The translations under genes were made by a program, and so were the position numbers. DNA of 64,000 nt from Isurus oxyrinchus (Eukaryota). The stretch's first letter is position 1. Every line of letters begins with the position of its first letter. Of this stretch, positions 62,662 to 64,000 are shown in pieces. Location of the stretch: NCBI GenBank assembly GCA_026770705.1, contig JANJGN010000029.1, positions 9,920,001-9,984,000 on the forward strand, read 5' to 3'. Under the pieces are notes generated by a model. That model was not told the DNA's origin. It was given only the letters and a program-made list of their open reading frames with translations, and searched no databases.

Positions 62662-62760
62662 TATAAAATAAAGATAGAAAGTGTTGGAAATACTCAGCAG
62701 GTCTGGCAGCATCTGTGGAGAGAGAAACAAAGTTAATGTTTCATGTTGACTCTTCAGACC
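62662..62760 (-). repeat. Penelope terminal-repeat fragment just downstream of the PBX exon
   Basis: gtgttggaaatactcagcaggtctggcagcatctgtggagagagaaacaaagttaatgtttca. Confidence 0.7.
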
Positions 62761-63154
62761 GAGAGAAATGTTCAAGCTGATTGACTGTCAGACAGTAAGC
62801 TACTTTAGTTGACCTATAATCAGTTCCTACTTAATCTCTGTAAAATGCCATCTGATGTGCATCTTAATCATAACGAAAGCCAAATTGTAGAACTGTTCAG
62901 AGAAACAAATTGAGTTATTTTTACAGAGATCTGTTTGTAGCACATAAACAGCCACTGGTGTCTAATGTTAAATTAAACTGGCAGAGTTTGCTAATTTGAA
63001 AGAATACAGTGTGGACGAAAGAAAGTTTGCTCCATCCCTGCATCTATCTCTATCAAAATCAGATGTCTATATGTACTTCATGTTAACTTTCCTTCATTAT
63101 AAATTCCTTTGTGTACAAATATATATATGGAAAACCCCTAGTAAAATTGCCATG

Positions 63155-63690
63155 CTTATCCACTATCTACAAGTCAGGAGTGGAATGGAATACTCTCCAT
63201 TTGCCTGGGTGAGTGCAGCTCCAACAGCACTCAAAAAGCTCAACACCATCTAGGACAAAGCAACCCGCTTGATTGGCGCCCCGTCCACAAACATTCACTC
63301 CCTCCACCACTGATGCACAGTGGTAATAGTGTGTACTATCTACAAGATGCACTGCAGGAACTCACCAAGACTCTTCAGACAGCACCTTCCAAAACCACGA
63401 AGGCTACCATCTAAAAAGACAAGGGCAGCAGATACATGGGAACACCACCACCTATAAGCCATACCATCCTGACTTGGAGATATATCGCTGTTCTTTCACT
63501 GTCGCTGGGTCAAAATCTTGGAACTCCCTCCCTAACACTGTACTTAGAGTGGGTGTACATACACTGCATGGACTGCAGTGGTTCAAGAAGGCAGCTCGAC
63601 ACCACCTTCTCAAGGGCAATTAGGGATGGGCACTAAATGCTGGCCTAGCCAGCGACAGCAACATTCCATGAATGAATATTTTAAAAAATC
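63155..63690 (+). mobile_element. LINE family A 3' fragment
   Basis: QVRSGMEYSPFAWVSAAPTALKKLNTI* and the family tail ..gggatgggcactaaatgctggcctagccagc. Confidence 0.85.
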
Positions 63691-64000
63691 ACAGATCTAT
63701 GAAGTAGAGATAATTGCCTTGTAAAAAAAAATGAATTTTATAATGACAAAAGCCAACCCAAAATCTAACAAGAAAAAGTAAGGTTTTGTCGACAGGAAGC
63801 GTGAGCATACACTAGATTTTTAGTAAATAGATCTTCTGTCAATATTTGTATTCCAGATTGCAGAAACTTCCACATTGCCATCAGGCTTAACCACTGAAGT
63901 ACACTTCAGTTTGCAAACTGTTTTTACTGTCAGTGTAAAATCCTCCTATTTGGACTTCTGACAGTTTCGAGGGTGTTACAAATTATTTTATTGGATTAAC

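Larger units (their letters stand above)
62508..64000 (+). other. Start of PBX intron 3
   Basis: Follows the GTATGA donor. No exon-4 sequence (ACNEF/ACSEF..) is seen before the window ends. Confidence 0.8.

Noticed and set aside
62778-62790. TGATTGAC overlapping CTGTCA (PBX-MEIS-like) downstream of the exon
   Set aside because: A single short motif next to a repeat. Similar TGATTGAY hits occur inside repeats elsewhere (about 32987, 37400), so it cannot be distinguished from chance.
1-64000. Prokaryote-type systems (CRISPR arrays, operons, defence loci) and the many remaining short ORFs
   Set aside because: The DNA is vertebrate intronic sequence with no regularly spaced repeat-spacer array. 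Short ORFs are random or belong to repeat relics.

Overview
Eukaryotic, AT-rich, repeat-dense vertebrate DNA. The repeat inventory (CR1-clade and L2 LINEs, tRNA-headed and Deu-domain SINEs, Penelope-like elements) looks like a cartilaginous fish (shark); this is an inference. The only host coding sequence I can find is one 245-bp internal exon (62263-62507, + strand) of a PBX TALE-homeobox gene. It is equivalent to exon 3 and is most like PBX4, so nearly the whole window is probably a very long intron 2. The intron contains: (1) a full-length but decayed Harbinger/PIF DNA transposon with TIRs, a TTA target duplication, a DDE nuclease gene and a three-exon Myb/SANT gene; (2) a second Harbinger derivative; (3) Penelope-like retroelements with GIY-YIG remnants; (4) about a dozen dispersed Penelope terminal repeats, many carrying a minimal type I hammerhead-ribozyme motif with covarying helix II and several in head-to-head palindromes; (5) many LINE and SINE fragments, some nested; (6) three candidate solo LTRs; (7) a few repeat-free islands with candidate regulatory motifs (DR2 RARE, PBX-HOX, MEIS). 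There is a 131-N gap. Repeat boundaries were read by eye and are approximate, except where termini or splice sites are quoted. No database searches were run.
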